Source: Verrucomicrobiales bacterium (GTDB lineage Bacteria > Verrucomicrobiota > Verrucomicrobiia > Verrucomicrobiales > DEV007). Taken from it: a stretch of 49,170 nt of DNA. The translations under genes and the position numbers were made by a program. Below are positions 46,209 through 49,170 of the stretch, piece by piece (the first letter of the stretch is position 1; each line of letters starts with the position of its first letter). The notes beneath the pieces are model-generated. The model had not been told where the DNA came from. It did not search any database and was given only the letters and a program-made list of their open reading frames with translations. The stretch lies in NCBI GenBank assembly GCA_020852405.1, contig JADZAX010000575.1:1-49170 (forward strand). Reading direction: 5' to 3'.

Positions 46209-47525
46209 TCAGGGCGTCATCCCGAAGCAAATCAGATCCCCGTTGAGGGTCTTGCAAAGAAGTCGACCGTTGGCCAGCACCACGTGAGGCCATGCCATGT
46301 CGTTGAGCAACTTGGGACTTTCCGCGAGGACCAGACAGCGCTGCGGGGACCGCCGCCCCCCCTCAATCAAGCTCAGATCACCGTCATTGGCCCAAACGAC
46401 CAAACGCCCATCTCCGGTAAAAAGACAGGAACCAGCATCCCCGACTTTGCCTCCCTCCCAGACGAGCCTGCCCGTGGTGAAATCAATACAATGGACACCG
46501 TGGTTGGCGAAGTAAACCAAGCCATCATGAATGACCGGGGTGCACACCCCTGTGGGATAGCGGTTCCGCCAAAGTTCCCGCGCCCCATCCTTCAGAGTCA
46601 CCGTGATCCGGGCCATTGCCATCTGGTTGTAGCGCGACGCGATCAGCAGATCCTGGCCCTCTGCTGAGATGCCCGCGATGGTGTTGGAGAAATCCGTTTT
46701 CCACTCGTATGCCGCCACGGTTTTGCCGGCATTGGCTCCATCAATTCTCACCACCAAGGCATTCCAAGAGGTCGCCACGGCCACACAGGGAATCCCCTCA
46801 ACCTCCATCCTCGCCATTCCCCCGCTGTGTCCGGCAGGGTCCCGGTTTTCCGAACACCAGACCGGATCTCCGCCGTTCCTCTTGTCAAAGGCCATCAGAC
46901 AACCGCGTTGTGGATCGCCCACTTCGACGATGACCCAGTCGCCCGTGACCAACGGGGCCGTCGTGAAGCCATAGTCCCGCAGCGTGTTTTTTCGCTGGGT
47001 AATTTGCGGTCGGCGGGGAATCCCGAAGCGGTCGTAAAGATTGAGGGACCAAACCTCTTTCCCACTCTGCCGGGTGTCCCAGGCATGGAGGTCACCATCG
47101 CAACCCAGCGTGAAGATTAGCCCACTGGTGGGATCATATTCCGGGGTGGCCGTGGACCCCCGGTACATGCTTTTGTCACCGACCGCATGCCGTCCGTATT
47201 CCGGGGCCGGAAAGGACTGCTTCCACAGCATCTTGCCGGTCGCAGGCTCCAGACAGCTCAGTGTGTCCCGGCCCTCCGACCAACCAACCGTGTAAATCCT
47301 GCCTTCCGCGAAGACCGGTGCCGCGGCCCCGGTTCCCACATTGGACTGCCAGAGGGGGGCCTTCACGGGCCATCTCCCGTTCTCCCAGCCAGAAGACTCC
47401 GAGGTCCGCCCGGTTCTCACAGGACCCCGCCAATGCGGCCAATCTTCCGCCAGCGATGGGGAGACAAAGCAAATCCACCCAATGGCTGAGAATATACCGG
47501 GCAACCCGTAAACAATGGTTTTCAT
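46209..47525 (-). CDS. Secreted PQQ-like beta-propeller repeat protein (BamB-like fold)
   Basis: ORF 46209..47594. ATG 47525 gives MKTIVYGLPGIFSAIGWICFVSPSLA. AEDWPHWRGPVRTGRTSES, then repeated ...GRIYTVG..., ...GLIFTLG..., DGLVYFANHG and NGRLLCKT propeller blades. Confidence 0.8.
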   Translation of the reverse strand: MKTIVYGLPGIFSAIGWICFVSPSLAEDWPHWRGPVRTGRTSESSGWENGRWPVKAPLWQSNVGTGAAAPVFAEGRIYTVGWSEGRDTLSCLEPATGKMLWKQSFPAPEYGRHAVGDKSMYRGSTATPEYDPTSGLIFTLGCDGDLHAWDTRQSGKEVWSLNLYDRFGIPRRPQITQRKNTLRDYGFTTAPLVTGDWVIVEVGDPQRGCLMAFDKRNGGDPVWCSENRDPAGHSGGMARMEVEGIPCVAVATSWNALVVRIDGANAGKTVAAYEWKTDFSNTIAGISAEGQDLLIASRYNQMAMARITVTLKDGARELWRNRYPTGVCTPVIHDGLVYFANHGVHCIDFTTGRLVWEGGKVGDAGSCLFTGDGRLVVWANDGDLSLIEGGRRSPQRCLVLAESPKLLNDMAWPHVVLANGRLLCKTLNGDLICFGMTP

Positions 47526-47744
47526 CAAAGATTTCACAGCACAGAAGGTAGTAACCTGCGACGGTCGAAAGGCTTTTAGAGAAACCAGAAGCAACGTTAG
47601 GGAGCTTCCACCTTCTGGAAAAGAGGATCAAGAAAGGCCGGAGCCAGGGTCAACGTCAACCAGAATCGTTGGTTCGGGAAGTTCTCCGATCTTGCCACGC
47701 CGACTTGATTCAAGAAACCCAATTCCGGGATTTCGCAAAATTGC

Positions 47745-47784
47745 CGTTTGACAGAAACGCTCGTTTCAAACATACGTTTGAACG
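47745..47784. promoter_or_regulatory. Candidate TetR operator: three CGTTTSA repeats including the palindrome GAAACG-CT-CGTTTC
   Basis: cgtttgac (47745), gaaacgctcgtttc (47754-47767, perfect 6-bp arms), cgtttcaaac-atac-gtttgaacg (imperfect inverted repeat). It ends at the tetR-like ATG 47785. Confidence 0.3.
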
Positions 47785-48438
47785 ATGGCAACGATCGATC
47801 ATTCCACCCCGCCCAGCGAAGCTCATTCGGATGCGACGACCCGGGAGCGTCTCCTTGAGGCGGCGGAGGCCTTGTTTGCCGAGCAGGGATTTGAATCTGT
47901 CTCCCTCCGTGATCTGACCCATGCCGCCGGGGCGAATCTCGCGTCGGTGAACTACCACTTCGGCTCCAAAGACCATCTTATCGAGGAAGTGGTGCTGCGT
48001 TCCCTGAATCCGATGAACCGCGAGCGGATCGACCTGCTGACACAGGCGGAAGCGGCCGCCTTTCCAGATTCCCCCACCTTTGCCGCCATCACGGACGCTT
48101 TCCTCAGGCCTGTGCTGACCCAGGTCCGGGGCACCCGTCACACAGAATTGCTCTTCAGCAAATTGATGGGACGCTGCCTGATGGACCGTGGCGCCCAAAT
48201 CCCCGAGAGGGCCCGGCCGCTCTTTCAAGAGGTCATCCAACGGTTTGGTTCCGCCATCGATCGCAGTCACCCCGGTCTGTCCATGGTGGAAGCCCTCTGG
48301 CGCCTCAATTTCACCGCCGGTGCGCTCATCAGCACGCTGATTCATGGAGAAATGGTCGTGCAGTTCACCGGCGAAACCGAAGCCCCTCCGGATACGGAGA
48401 CACTGCTGCAACGGCTGGTGGCGTTCTGCGCTCAAGGG
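47785..48438 (+). CDS. TetR/AcrR family regulator domain; no stop codon, and the frame stays open into the next feature
   Basis: Missing from the ORF track. My translation from ATG 47785: MATIDHSTPPSEAHSDATTRERLLEAAEALFAEQGFESVSLRDLTHAAGANLASVNYHFGSKDHLIEEVVLRSLNPM...TETLLQRLVAFCAQGL. This is a classic TetR HTH (T-x-R-x-L-x-A-A...F...G...T-x-x-x-I-A-x-x-A-G-x-x-x-x-x-x-Y-x-x-F-x-x-K). The 3' boundary given here is arbitrary. Confidence 0.8.
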
Positions 48439-49170
48439 TTGTCGGCCCCTCCCAGCGCGACGCAAACGCCACCCGTCTCGGGACGTTCCGGAGGGCTGGT
48501 CAAACTGCTCGCCCTCTGCGGTCTGTTGGGTGCCATGACCTCCTGTGCGGCGGTGAATCCAGCCTCGCGGATGTCCGAACTGGACCTTACCGTTCCCGGA
48601 ACCTGGGCGGCCACCGACTCCGGCAAGTCCGGCGTGGATGACGCTTGGATCGAAAATTTCCAAGATGCCCGGCTGTCCCGCCTGGTCGACGAAGCCCTCA
48701 CCGCGAACCCGGATCTTCGAGCTGCGGCCGCCCGCGTGGACAAAGCCCGCGGAAATGCCCGTCTCAAAGGCGCTGATGCGCTGCCCACCGTAGACCTGAA
48801 CTTCACCCCCGCCCGGACGAAGCGGAATTTCATCGGATTCCCGGCTTTTGGCGGAGATCAAAGCTCTCCGGGCGGCACTTCTTCGAATCTCAGCAACAGT
48901 TTTGGCCTGTCCTTGGACATGCAGTGGGAGCTTGACGTCTGGGGCCGCATCCGGGCCGGCCATGAAGCGACACTGGCGGAAATCCAGATCGCGGAGACCG
49001 AGGAAAGGGCCGCCAGAGTTTCGCTGACGGCCCAGGTGGCCCGCGCGTGGTTCGCCCTTGGGGAAGCCAGGGGACAGCTGCTCCTCGCCCAGAACACGGA
49101 AAAAGTTTATGCCGACACCGCCCAAGCCGTGAGGGAACGCTTCAAGGCGGGTCACGACCAAAACGGGGCA
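48439..49170 (+). CDS. RND-efflux outer membrane factor lipoprotein (NodT/OprM family), 3'-truncated by the window end
   Basis: Same frame as the TetR domain. ...GRSGGLVKLLALCGLLGAMTSCAAVNP: a lipoprotein-type signal with Cys codon 48544-48546. Then DDAWIENFQDARLSRLVDEALTANPDLRAAAARVDKARGNARLKGADALPTVDL and WELDVWGRIRAG, both hallmark OMF blocks. There is no ATG; in-frame candidate starts are GTG 48418, TTG 48439 and CTG 48496. Confidence 0.8.
   Translation, partial: MSAPPSATQTPPVSGRSGGLVKLLALCGLLGAMTSCAAVNPASRMSELDLTVPGTWAATDSGKSGVDDAWIENFQDARLSRLVDEALTANPDLRAAAARVDKARGNARLKGADALPTVDLNFTPARTKRNFIGFPAFGGDQSSPGGTSSNLSNSFGLSLDMQWELDVWGRIRAGHEATLAEIQIAETEERAARVSLTAQVARAWFALGEARGQLLLAQNTEKVYADTAQAVRERFKAGHDQNGA

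Overview
GC-rich chromosomal segment (49,170 nt), densely coding on both strands. The gene content suggests a Verrucomicrobiota/Planctomycetota (PVC) genome, which is an inference: a DUF1592-family/DUF1552 pair, CxxCH planctomycete-cytochrome motifs, a DUF1080-ThuA fusion, a Tat-signal Gfo/Idh/MocA oxidoreductase and many Pro-rich membrane proteins. I can support about 38 protein-coding regions, one tRNA-Glu(UUC) and four intrinsic terminators. I saw no rRNA, CRISPR array, transposase, integrase or phage genes. The ORF track prints alternative start codons as M, so I re-read the sequence and moved many starts to internal ATGs that precede signal peptides. Recognisable anchors are waaA, rsmD, ruvC, a NuoEF-like subunit plus formate dehydrogenase alpha subunit, an MsbA-like ABC exporter, a SanA-like protein, a hybrid histidine kinase, an NRAMP-fold transporter and a C-N hydrolase. 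Candidates for something undescribed: (i) 14083-19205, two tandem paralogous membrane proteins with a MIDAS-less vWA-like core followed by an output-less CHASE2 protein. (ii) 24393-30355, two co-directional proline-rich bitopic membrane proteins that share a C4 zinc-ribbon motif, followed by a lone LUD/LutC-like gene. (iii) 47785-window end, a TetR frame that runs without any stop codon into a NodT-type outer-membrane lipoprotein; this ORF is missing from the ORF track because it has no stop in the window. (iv) a secreted VHL-beta-like + CAP/PR-1 fusion protein. (v) a NuoF-like subunit with intact Fe-S ligands but degenerate FMN/NADH motifs. (vi) a single in-frame TAA splitting a Gfo/Idh/MocA oxidoreductase. 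(vii) a G11 homopolymer at the 5' end of a secreted-protein gene. All family assignments come from motif recognition by eye. No database search was run.
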